A stretch of DNA of 64,000 bases, taken from assembly GCA_965153355.1 (NCBI GenBank), contig OZ231126.1, positions 43,462,001-43,526,000 of the forward strand, in the 5' to 3' direction. The translations under genes were made by a program, and so were the position numbers. Below the pieces are notes generated by a model. That model saw nothing but the letters and a program-made list of their open reading frames with translations. It searched no databases and was not told where the DNA came from. Positions 23,987-40,045 of the stretch are shown here, in pieces (position 1 is the first letter of the stretch; every line of letters begins with the position of its first letter). This stretch comes from Flaccisagitta enflata. Lineage: Eukaryota.

Positions 23987-25101
23987 CTTATACATTGGGT
24001 TTTTTTTTATAATGGGTTGTTGCCGTTGGTCTGTCGTTTTTTTGTGTTTATTTTTTTCCTTTGTTTTATTTTTTGAAATAAAGTTAAATTGTTTGTCTTA
24101 ACTAATATAGTTATTTACTATTTATGAGCAGTTAGCAACCCATTGACGAGTGAGTATATATTTTCTATACATCTTTCGAATAAAAAAAAATCAATACTTC
24201 ACGAAAAAGATCAATACTTCACAAATACAGTCTTCATCAATCGACATAAAAAGTGGATATAATCATGATTTTGATTATGATTATGATTATAATTATGATT
24301 ACGATTTTGATTATAATTATAATTATGATTATGTTATGACATTCTTCAACAAACACAATCACAGGATTCCTACAGTTTGACATGAAATACCGTAATAGTT
24401 AGCCATCTTAAAATTGCTCTTATCAGGTCAGCGTGTTGAAAGTGAAATGTGGACACTATTATGTCTGTGAATTTCAGACCTCTGTTACATAGTATGCACG
24501 TTTCGCCTTTGATACACTGATCTTACTTTTACAACTCGGGGAAAAACAATTATCTCCTCTCAACAAACCATCTCAACAAACCATCTCAACAAACCTTTAT
24601 CTACCATCTCTACCATCTCTACCATCTCTAGGATCAGCGCTTTTTACACAGGCATTTTTTAAGGGTACACCTTATTTCGTTTACATAAAATCCTGTGAAA
24701 AAAGCGGTCAATTTAACGAGATTCATCCAACCAAAAAATAGAGAAAAAAAAGAGAACAAAAAATCTCCATCTCCTTCTTTTCACATTCTTCCCATATACT
24801 CACTCGTCAATATCTAATACTTGCTCTTAAAAATATAAAATTAGGCTTTTTCAAATCCATTTTTAGAAAAAAAAATTAACTATAATATTCCCCCTTTATC
24901 CCTCTACTCAAAGCGGGGTGTAGAGTCGCGTAGCACGCGACTAAAAACTCAACCATTGTAAGTTTTTGTAAGAATTTTGCCTAAATTTTGAAAGTTTTTG
25001 CCTTAAATGACGACGTTTCGCGGGGAAGAAAATTAAAGGTAGGAGGGGGGGGGGGAATCAAAAACTACTCAATCTTACACACCCCTGATTATTAAGCTAA
25101 A

Positions 25102-25777
25102 CTAGACCTTATCCTTTTGGGCTCCATTCACAATTCTTCCCTCCCCATCGGCAGTTTTTCGGCACCATCTGGCCTCTTCACTCGCTGCAAGGTTCTGCGA
25201 AATGGCATGTTATTGCATGACTGAAATATGAAAGATTGTACCTGCTTGGACCGAGGAATTCGACAATCGTTTTTACAGCATATGATCACGATGACAACGA
25301 GAACTAAAGCACAGCTCATAAACAAAATCATCCATGCGCGTATAGGGCCGAAAACCTACGAAAGAAGAAATGATACAATCAATCAATAATGGCGAGAAAA
25401 AAAAATTATGAAACAGCAACAATATATCCATTATTGGGAAAAAACTCGAAAAACGTTTTTCGATTTTTGAGTTTCGCTAAAGAATTAATTTTTTCCATTT
25501 TTGCTTGGGGCGTTTTGAGAAAGTTGGGGAGCGACTAGGCACGCCCTAGGCTGGGGTTGAAATTGATACAGGGTTAAAGAGGAAATTATTTTACACCTTC
25601 TTGAACAAAACAGAGCAGATCAATATTTTTCGAGTTTTTACGATTTTTTTCCGGACGGCAATAGCCGCCATTATTGGTACTCATTACCTTGTCTTCCCAT
25701 GAAAATTCCTTTTCTTCATCGAAAAATGGCGTCAGATCACTCGGATCCCAGGTAACAGGCGCCACTGCAAAGGACAT
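25102..25777 (-). CDS. TMIE: TMIE-like (transmembrane inner ear expressed) small membrane protein; exons 25777-25688, 25355-25242, 25194-25102
   Basis: Spliced product MSFAVAPVTWDPSDLTPFFDEEKEFSWEDK-VFGPIRAWMILFMSCALVLVVIVIICCKNDCRIPRSKQ-NLAASEEARWCRK..DKV*. It matches the TMIE pattern RxW-TM-CC-x3-CR(I/V)PR(S/T)K. Both introns are phase 0. A further 5' exon is possible. Confidence 0.7.
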
Positions 25778-27932
25778 GAAATGCTCAATCAAGCAAACTT
25801 ATTGAGTACATTTTGACTCATATCTTACATACCTATTATCTAACTAACTCTTGAGCACTATCTAGGAAATATCTTTTAAGTACCTGTAAAGAGAGATATC
25901 TCAAATTCTCGTTTAGATAAGTAAATAAAGTTTTTGAGCATTTTAATCAACTCCAACTTTCTTATCTACCGTTCAAAAAAGTGCGATAAAAAGCCTTTAA
26001 AACGATTTTGTGATGGACAGATGAACCAACAGACAGAAAGTCCAACGGATGAACATGACCGATCAACCAACAAATGAATCAACCAAAAAACGCATAAAAT
26101 GGTTTATGAATGCCTTAAAAACATACAAAAACATTTAGAATGTCTTTAAATTGTGAAAAACGCCTTTAAAGCATCTTTGTGATCGACAGATAGACGGACT
26201 AACTGACCAATGGACAAACCAAGAAGTGGCTTCAAGTGGTTCATGAATGCCTTAACTTTCAAAAAACATTTATACTGTCTTGAAATTGTGTAAACGCCTT
26301 TCACTAATTTCTATCATCTTCCTTTTTTAGACGCGGACACGCAACTCTATAAGAGGATTTGTCCGTCCGTTGGACCGTCCGTTGGTCTGTCGGTCCATTG
26401 GTTCGTGGTCATCGAGTTGAAAAGTGGGAAAACGAGCGTTTTTGATACTTCTTGTGTATGTTTGAGTGTTGGCGGTGGGTTGGGGTGTGGCTGGGGGTTG
26501 GATGCCCCTGCCCACCCGTCCGCAACGATATTTTGACCCCGCGTCACTTGTTTTCCAAAAGCCTGGTTTTGCCCCTAATTTGCATAACGTTGTAATCGTC
26601 TTATCGACTTTTCATCCTTTGCCTTGTGTAGTGGGGCGTCCCAATTGTCTTTATACGCTGCTTTCCTCTAGAAAGCTTCACAGAAAAGTGTTTGGGTTCA
26701 TCATATCGATATCCAATTTAATGAGCAGTAAAATGGCGTTTTCGGATCAATCAATCGGTATTTTGGCCAACGCGCTGAGTGACTTAAGAAACAAGGCCGG
26801 ATACACGGTAAATAAACAGTCGCTGACGGGTGGGCAGGAGCAGTTTACAAATGGGCAGGGGCAGTAATTCGGCGGGCAGGGGCAGTCATTTGGTGGGCAG
26901 GGGCAGTCTTTTGGTGGGCAGGGGCTGTATTTTGGGTGGGCTGGGGCTGTTATGCTCAGAAATTACAAAGTCGGACTATTTCGCGTCGTCCAAAATTTCT
27001 TGTGAGGGACGTACGTACGGACGGACGTAGGGACACCCCCTCTTATAGAGTCGCTTAGTCAGCGACTAAAAAAAGAAACCGACGATCTTTTTACAAAAAT
27101 CAACAGCCCCATCTAGATGGCATCTTGACACAGCGTTATGGTTTCAAAACCCTTCTTTGACACACATGAATGCCGCGTGAAACCGAGAATTAGACGAACG
27201 ACATACACAGCTAAGGTACGTCAATGAAATGGACACTAGTTGGACGTTGCAACTGGAATATTGTTATTAACGGTTTTGTCAACCCGAAAAACAAACGAGA
27301 GCGAGGAAGTAAACTCGCGCTATTTCAAAATTTCCAAAACGATGAGTGGAATATTTCCATCGTGCAGTATTCGCAATGCACAATTTGAAACCGTTTTAGT
27401 AATTTTATTGCTTACTGCGGTTTTATTGTGTCTTCAGTTTCCAAGTAGCGAACACAGCCGCAATTTCTGTCATGAAAGGAAATTCCGAAAGTGGTTTCCA
27501 TGCGACATGAATGACGATTCCGTGACTCAGGTCAGGTCGTCATGCAATGACTCCAAACAGTCGTCAACTCGCAGTTCAGTGAGCTTAGTTGAATTTTTCC
27601 TCCGCTCAAAACAAGGCCAACACCCATAAGTGGCGTGCGAGACTGACGTTTACAAGAACTAAAAATGACTTGGAATGACTTATTATACATTTATACTATT
27701 ATATAACTTGAAATGGCTTAAAGAAATAAAATTGACAAAAAAAATCAAAGCCTGACAAACCAACAGACAAACCAATGGGTGGACGGACAAAGCAGGGTAT
27801 AGAGTCGCATGCACGCGACTAAAAATGATATACAGTGTAGGTAAAGCACCGCAAGAGCGTAACCGCTATTAAAGTATCCAAGTCTTTAAAACATAAAATT
27901 TCATCTCTTGAAAGATTTTGTATTTTGTTCTA

Positions 27933-28106
27933 CAGTGAAGCCCCGTTTCATCGCATCTGCTTTTTATGGAGTTCCACCTATTAAAGATACTATTTTTGTA
28001 CCCTTTCAACCAGTTTTATTTTATTTCTTTTGTCTCTTACATAATTCTGCCTATAACAGATACAATTGTTACACCCCTTGAAATCTATTGGAGCGGGGTT
28101 TCACTG
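27933..28106. mobile_element. Tc1/mariner-type MITE
   Basis: TIR CAGTGAAGCCCCG / CGGGGTTTCACTG, flanked by TA. Confidence 0.8.
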
Positions 28107-28124
28107 TATATCAATTGGTAATAG

Positions 28125-29709
28125 CTGAGCCGGACTTAGCCTCCGCGGGGCCCTAGGCTTGACTGCTACCGCGGGGCCCCCCAGCCCCCCTCCATGGGCC
28201 CTACTTCCCCTTTCCCTCAGCTGCCCCCCTTTACCAAAAGCCCATGTGGTAGAACAATTTTTTTGTTTAAAATATATCAAAATAAGATTTTTTTTTAAAT
28301 TTTGAATGTATTTAATTTTTCAAAAATTTAACAAATTATAGTTTTCAACTTCATAATAAGCATTGGACAATCCCAGGCGGGCAAATTGATGCATCTGCGC
28401 AATATTAGAGCAAGCATCTCAGGAGGACTGACGGACGGACTGATGGACTGACCGACCAACCAACCGACAGACCCTCATATAGAGATGCGATGACGCATTT
28501 AAAAAAAAGTTTTTCAAAGATATGAAAAAATTTTAGCAGTTCCCCTTTTGAATTAACAAGTACCCCGGGGGTACAACGATGCGTCCACATGCGGCTTAGC
28601 TTGTTAAGAATGATGCAATATTGCATCAACCTTATAGAATGATGGATCATGGCATGGAGGCATGGAGGCATGGAGGCATGGAGGCATGGAGGGAATGTTC
28701 GGAAATCCGAAATATTTCGGACAAATGTACGACTTTTTCTGTTCTTTCGGATTCCCACGAAGGATTTTATCACTCCTCCAAATGTTCCGAATGATTTGCA
28801 ACAAGCTAAAAAATAGTAATTATTTCAGATTTTGCATAGTTTCAATTGCTAAGCAGCGATTTTTGGCAAAAGAATTAAAAAGGTGGTAACATGGACGCAC
28901 GCGACCTGGGTAGCCGTTTATCTGGTCATGGTTTTTTTTAAATGCGTCATGGCATCTCTATAAGAGGGTCTGTCTGTCCGTCCGTCCATCCGTCCGTTAC
29001 GCCACGCCTCCTCTAATATCACACAGATGACGCATCGAGTTGCCCGCCTGGGCTTGCTTTCCTTCCATTCATTCTTTCAAAAAGGCGCGATGAACATCTC
29101 CTATGAGGAAATCCATATATGTAAAATGATGTAACCTCGGGGATTTTGGAAAACTAATTTAATCTTCCTTAAATTGAAAAATACTGAAAAAAATCGGTGA
29201 CCATTTTGAAGCTCTGCGAAAGATCTTTCAAATGAGATGTTGCGGGTTGTCCTAACTTTATACGTTTGGAAATAGCATTGGGATGAAGACAGGTTCCCAA
29301 GAATATTCTTGGCGCCATTTTGAAGAAAATTCGAAGCTCTTTAATTTGCTCATAGATTTCAAGTATATGTGACAATTCTGAATAGCGTTAAAACGTTGAG
29401 ACAAAACTAATAATAGAAAAAAAGACAGTATTTGGCCTTTTTCCAATCGGTGATATTTTTCTTCAAACTTATGCAATTTCTAAACAAACAAAGCTAGGAA
29501 TGCCAGACACGACTCGAATTAAAGAGCTTTCAAAGGGCTTTATAGGCATCACCAATTTCAATCCATTTTTCTTACGTTATAACGCGTTATGGTTCTAAAA
29601 GGTTTTAAAAATCCGCCATTTTTTATTTCCCCAAGGTTGGTACGCAAATATGACTAGAAGACCCAAAAATTTACTCCTACCTGCCGCTTTTTTCTCTGTC
29701 TGTCTCTCC

Positions 29710-29785
<76 letters not shown>

Positions 29786-30852
29786 CTCTCGTAATCACGG
29801 AAACGCAACACTCTACTTCTCACGGAAACGCAACACTTTACTTCTCTGCGTATGTTGATCCATTCTTCCATTCCCTTTCTTTATTTCCCTCTTTCTCTCT
29901 TTCTTTCTCTCTTTCTCTCATTCTCTCGTTCTTTCTTTTTTTTTTTTTTTTTATTTCTTGGCTTCTTTCTGCGCTTGGTTTGAATTTTGTCGTCATTTCC
30001 TTTAACTAATACTTTTTCCCCCTTCGCGGCATTTTTCTTGTTGGATCTTAGATATAACGCTTCATTTCAGATGTTTTTAGTCGCGTGCTATACAACTCTA
30101 TATCCCACTTTGTCTGTCCGTTATTTGATCCCCCTTTTTACTTTTTTGGGTATTTTTGCATTACTTAGTTGCGGACAAAGTTACGCCCATATGCCCAAGT
30201 GACTTTTTCCACCACTGTTCCCGCCCACGTGTGTCCGTCCTTGTAGAAGCAATGCAACGCTTTTAGGATTCTGCAATGGGTTAAGTTTTATCCACTTGCG
30301 TTTGATACAGTGACTGTTTGTTACAAGTTTAGCTGTATACCTATGGTGAATGAAATTGCAAAACATTCGGATAATTCGGTTCCCTTCGTGGGAGGGACAA
30401 AATCCTTCCCTTCCCTTCCTCCCGAAGGACATATTGTCCCTTGGAACATGTCTACTGAATGATCTGAGATATTTCCAAGATTCTATGCATTATCATCATT
30501 CTCAACTCGATCACCACCGACCGACCAACCGACCGACCAACGGACGGACGGACAAAGCCTCTTATAGAGATGCGTGGACGCATCTAAAAATGAGAATGAA
30601 TTTTTTTGATACCTCAATATTTTATCTGTAACAATGGAGCTTAATTTTTTCTGTGTTTCTTTTTGTCTTCTTGTTATTCTCTCCCTGCCTCTCTCTCTTG
30701 CTTTTTTTCTATCTTTTTCTCTTTCTTTTTTTTCTTTCTTTCTTCCTTTTTTTTTTTTTTTTTTTTTGAAGATGGGGGCTCTACCGCGGGGCCCCCCTTA
30801 CCGCGGGGCCCTAGGCTTAAGCCTCTTAAGCCTATTGGGAAGGCCGGCTCAG
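28125..30852. mobile_element. 2.7-kb non-autonomous hAT-like element with nested repeats
   Basis: TIR CTGAGCCGG / CCGGCTCAG. 8-bp TSD GGTAATAG at 28117-28124 and 30853-30860. Subterminal CCGCGGGGCCC repeats at both ends. Confidence 0.85.
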
Positions 30853-33290
30853 GGTAATAGGGTAGCTTCGGTATTTTAATTTCACCCAGTCTCTCGACTC
30901 TGGTGAAGCTAAGCTGTACTGCCATTTCAGACCATCGTTTAACCATTTCATGCATGGAAAAATCATCATTTGTTCATTTTGTTCTACACACTTTTCTCTT
31001 AATGAAAACATGGATTTTTGAAGTGAAATTGAGCGTTCTGATTTTGAGACTTATTTGAGGCTCCCTTTAGTTTGTTTAAAGATGTAGGTTGTTTTTACAT
31101 TTTCTCAGAATTGCAATTCTTGTTTTTTCTGGTTTTCATTTTAGTATTGCTTGATTGTCTCAGGTGTGTTTTTATGTATTTCTGTCTTTGTCAACGTGTA
31201 TACTACTTTTAACTAAGAAAATACCAATTTTCTTATCTTTATCAAACTAATTTTCAACGATAGAACAAGTTGCATATCCGCTCTCGTAATAGATTGATGC
31301 ATGGATAAACTGACCAACCGACAAACAGACGTGCAGACCCTCTCACAAAGAATCATAGAAAGCATTCTCATATCATATCAAGAGCTTTTGAATTAGTATG
31401 TGATATCTCCACGCTTGACAAGTGCGGTTTAGGTGTTACAGATTAAGTGATGGACAAACAAGCGTACAGACCGACGAACAAACCCCCTAAAAGAGATACG
31501 AGAGTGCATCTAATAGTAAGACAATGTAATGAAATGACATGTATTTTGAACATCGTCAAAATGTAGCATTAATCAACGCACTGATAAACAAGAAGTAATC
31601 GTCTAAAACAGCATAGTAGTAAATGAATCAAATAAAAACTGCATTCCGATAAAGCCATAAAATATCAAGGCTATAAGAGTCGGCATTGTGCCACTTTATA
31701 TCAAATAATAAAAACTGTAGTATTTTAAATGACTTGTTAGACAGCTGGTAGCAAAATATGGTATCGTAGTATCGACCTAAATATTGTAAAAACAGTAGAA
31801 AATGGCTTCAATATTCTACCAAACCTGTACAATTAGCCGTGGGAATTAACAAAACACATTACGACTGACACTAGAAAGAACTGAGTCAACATAACGCAGG
31901 TGGGAAATACTCGAAAATGAAGATAACTGATATTCAAAGGCCTGACATACAGACCTCGTTGCAATGACAGTTAGAAGAAAGAAGCAGTACTGCAAAAACC
32001 TCTACAAACAGAAAAAGGGGGGGGGGGTCATCGGACGGATCGATGCGATGGTGACTCGAGTCACGAGCGTATTTCAAATTAGGTTGACCACATTGACTGG
32101 CATGAGCATTCTGTAATGAAGGTTGGTATTGTCATGATAGGATTGAAATGGCGTAAATGTATATAAGTTGTATTTCTTTTAATTATTCCTAACATGATTC
32201 AATATTCTATTTGTATGTTGTTTTTTCTTGGGGGGGGGGCTAAGATACGTTCATGGGGGTAGCCTCCTAAGGTATTATAGCCTAGATAATTTACGTGATT
32301 CGATTGTGTCAATATCTAAAAGGTCTTTTGATAAAAACCATCAACATAAAAGGACACAAATAAGTAAATTCTAAGACCTTTTTTGCTTTTATTACTTTAA
32401 ATTTTACTTATCTTCCTTTTTTTAACCTCTATTTACCTTCCTTATTTTCTAAACCCCTATGTAACCCCCAATTTCAACATTGTTCGGTCACTGATTAAAT
32501 TTCAAACTAAATGGTTCTGGAAACGAAGCAGTTAATTTTTTTTGAATCTTGATAATAATTCTAATTCCAGATTGAAAATAATTTTAACTTCCATCACGGA
32601 AGTTAAAAGAAAAGAAAAAAAAATTAAGAAAAACCATAAACTGAATATTTAACAAAACTAGGTGTGCTAAAAAAATAAATGAATTTGAAAAAATAAAAAA
32701 AAATGTGAGATTTCCTTCATTAGATCTACGTTTAAATTTCTTCTGAAATCGAAATAATGATAGTAACCAATAACCATACATTGCTTATGAATCAAGCCAA
32801 GGCTGTCATGTTAAAAGGCTACGGAGACCGATAATTTCAAAACTTTACCTCAAGGATTCAAATGTATTATGAATGGGACCAAAACTTCAGAATAGAATGC
32901 ATATTTAATTCCTTCAAACCCATTTGCGCGGACGTGACAAATCGTATTTATTTTTAACTCAAGTCATTCAAAAGCTAGGAAAAGCATCCCCCTACAATGT
33001 TAACCGAATGAGTGAAAAGGCATTTTCTTCAGGATCATGAAATATTCATGATCCGACACCCGTTATTCTCACTGTTCTTTTCAAATTTATGAACTACTGA
33101 TGCACTAATACACCAGGATAAGAAGCATAACAAACACCTCACTTGTCTGGCATATTGTAGGGCCTGGCTAGGCCAATGCCCAAATCTGCATGATTCTTTT
33201 ATATCCCGTAAATGATGACCTCATGGCCTCATAGATTGTCTTGTTGAGCTCTAACTGCAAATTAAGACCACCATCAGGATGATAAAAGGA

Positions 33291-36868
<3,578 letters not shown>

Positions 36869-38559
36869 TCATCTATAGGTCATCACCAGAGTAACAGCTC
36901 TGGGTACATTTTTCATTTCCAGAGCGAGGTATAACTGTACGACGCTGTTATTTAGTTGTAATGACAATGCCTTTGTTTTGCTGGTGTCTTTTTTTGTTTT
37001 TAGATGCGTCCTCGCATCTCTATAAGAGGGTTTGTCCGTCCGTCCGTCCGTCCGTCGGTCCGTCCGTCCGTCCGTCCGTTACGCCTGTGCAAAAACCGCG
37101 GTTTTCGGCCGTTTTCGGCCACGACGAGATCCTACACTGAATCTACTGCGAGACAAACATGATTTGAGAGCCTCCATTACTACTCTTGTCGTTCCATCTG
37201 TCTGTTTGTCCATCTATCAATCCATATGACACATGATCAATATACGCAGAGACACAGTCTGGGCGCATCGTTGCCAGTTCGGGCTTGTTGTTGTTATGAC
37301 GAATTTGACGATGTCGTTGTTAGTGTAGCTGTTAGTGTAGTGTACTAGTGTAGCGGTCGTTGTTATAGTGCCGCCGTTATAAAGATTTCGTTGTTAAGAC
37401 GACGATGCCGATTCATTTGACTCCTCCCTCATTTTTTCGTTTTCCTATGCCGACGCCGATGCCGACGCCGCCTACCTTCTTTTTTTTGTACTTGTTTTTT
37501 TTTCCTATCTTTGTGCCAATGCCGATGCCGATGTCGACGCCGACGCAATTCAGTTTGGAACTATTTTGTAATTCAAGCCGGCGTCGGCATCGGCATCGGC
37601 GTCGGCGTCAGCGTCAGCGTCAATGTCGGCGTTGGCTTCAGCATTAGCAAAAGTATTAGATTTTAATGGAAATGGAAATGCCGATGCCGACGACGATGCC
37701 GACTCTCAGGTTAATCTCATACATCCCCCAGAAAGTCCACGTCTCTTTTGTCTGTTTTTATATCTTATGTTCACGTTTTTAGGTGCGCCACCTCTATAAG
37801 AGGCTCTGTCCCTCTGTCGAGCTGGGGATAGGTGTGATAAAGCTGGTGATAGGTCGGATAGGTCTGATAGAGCTCGGCATAGGTCTTATAGAGATTGGCA
37901 CAGGTCTGATAGAGGTAGGGATAGGTCTGATAGAAGTAGGGATAGGTCTGATAAAGCTGATAGGTCTGATAGAGCTAGGGAAAGGTCTGATAGAGCTCAG
38001 GATAGGTCTGGTTAAGCTAAGGACAGGTCTGATAGAGCTGGGGATAGGTCTTATGGAGCTAGGGATAAGTCTAAGAATAAATAACGCCCGGCGCACTGTC
38101 TGGGTCCGTGTATCCGGCCTTGTTTTGTTTTCATGTTTATTTTTGTTTGTTTATGTTTGTTTTTGCTTATGTCTTCATGTTTTCGTTTATGTTGTCATGT
38201 TTTTGTTTATATACTTGTTTCAAGTTATGCTTTTGTTTATGTTTCGAGTTTATGTTTTTGTTTATATTTTCTTGTTTTTGTTTGTTTTCATGTTTATGTT
38301 TTTGTTTATGTTTTCAACTCTATGTTATTGTTCATGCATTCATATTCATGTTTTTGTTTTTTGTTAACGTTTTAATTTTTGCTTTTGTTTTCATGTTCGT
38401 TTTTGTTTTCATGTTTATGGTTTTGTTCATTTTTGTTTTTATGATTACATGTTCATGGTTTTTGTTGTCACTTTTTCTTTAGCTTATATCTTTGTATTTG
38501 TTTGTATGCTTATGTTTATTGTTTACATTTTTTTTTGTTCTTATGTTATTTTTGTTTTT

Positions 38560-40045
38560 GTTAGAGTTTCTGTCGTTCTTGTTGATGTTTCTTTTGTTGG
38601 TTTTCGTTGATGTTTATTTTGTTGGTTTTCGTTGATGTTTCTATTGTTTGATTTTCGTTGATGTTTCTGTCGTTGATTTTCGTTGATGTTTCTGTCGTTT
38701 CTGTTGATGTTTCTGTCGTTTTTGTTGATGTTTCTGTCATTTTTGTTGATGTTTCTGTCGTTTTTTGATGATGTTTCTGTCATTTTTTGATGATGTTACT
38801 GTCGTTTTTGTTGATGTTTCTGTCGTTGATTTTCGTTGATGTTTCTGTCGTTTCTGTTGATGTTTCTGTCGTTTTTGTTGATGTTTCTGTCGTTTTTGTT
38901 GATGTTTCTGTCGTTTTTTGATGATGTTACTGTCATTTTTGTTGATGTTTCTGTCGTTTTTGTTGATGTTTCTGTCGTTTTTTGATGATGTTACTGTCAT
39001 TTTTGTTGATGTTTCTGTCGTTTTTGTTGATGTTTCTGTTGGTTTTCGTTGATGTTTCTATTGTTTGATTTTCGTTGATGTTTCTGTCGTTGATTTTCGT
39101 TGATGTTTCTGTCGTTTCTGTTGATGTTTCTGTCGTTTTTGTTGATGTTTCTGTCGTTTTTGTTGATGTTTCTGTCGTTTTTTGATGATGTTACTGTCAT
39201 TTTTGTTGATGTTTCTGTCGTTTTTGTTGATGTTTCTGTCGTTTTTGTTGCCGTTGTTGCTATTGTTGTTTTGTCATTGCTATTGTTTTGTTGTAGTTGT
39301 TGATGTTGTTTCTGTTTCTGCTGTTGTTTCTGTTGTTGCTGCTGTTTTTGTTGGTTTTGTTGTTACTGCTTTAGTTTTTGTTGGTTTTGTTGTTACTGCT
39401 GTTGTTTTTGTTAGTTTTGTTGTTACTGCTGTTGTTTTTGTTGCTGCTGCTGTTGCTATTGTTGTTGCTGCTGCTGTTGCTATTGTTGTTTTGTCATTGC
39501 TATTGTTGTTTTGTTGTTGCTGTTGCTTTTGTTTTTGCTGCTGTTATTTCTGTTGTTTTTGTTGTTACTGCTATTGTTTTTGCTGCTGCTGCTATTGTTG
39601 TTTTGTCATTGCTATTGTTGTTTTGTTGTCGCTGTTGTTTTTGTTGCTGTTGTTTTTGTTGTTGCTGTTTTTTTGGTTGTTGCTGTTGTTTTTTGTTGCT
39701 ATTGTTTTTGTGGTTGCTGTGGTTGCTGTTGTTTTTGTGGTTCTTGTTTCTGTGGTTGCGGTTGTTTTTGTTGCTGTTGCTTTGGTGGTTGTTGTTTTTG
39801 TGGTTGCGGTTGTTTTGTTGTTGCGGTTGTTTTTGTTGTTACGGTTGTTTTTGTTGTTGCAGTTGTATTTGTTGTTGCGGTTGTTTTTGTTGTTGCGGTT
39901 GTATTTGTTGTTGCTGTTGTTTTTGCTGTTGCTGTTTTTGTTATTGCTGTTGTTTTTGTTGTTGCTGTTGCTTTTGTTGTTGCGGTTGTTTTTGTTGTCG
40001 CGGTTGTTTTTGTTGTTGCGGTTGTTTTTGTTATTGCTGTTGTTT
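38560..40045. repeat. GT-rich minisatellite and low-complexity array (21-bp TTGTTGATGTTTCTGTCGTTT units, then 18-bp GTT-rich units)
   Basis: Direct sequence; it explains the many spurious ORFs here. Confidence 0.9.

Noticed and set aside
1-24900. Canonical Polinton TIRs, integrase, ATPase, protease and capsid genes
   Set aside because: No convincing motifs or long TIR pair were found by eye. They may lie outside the window or be too divergent.
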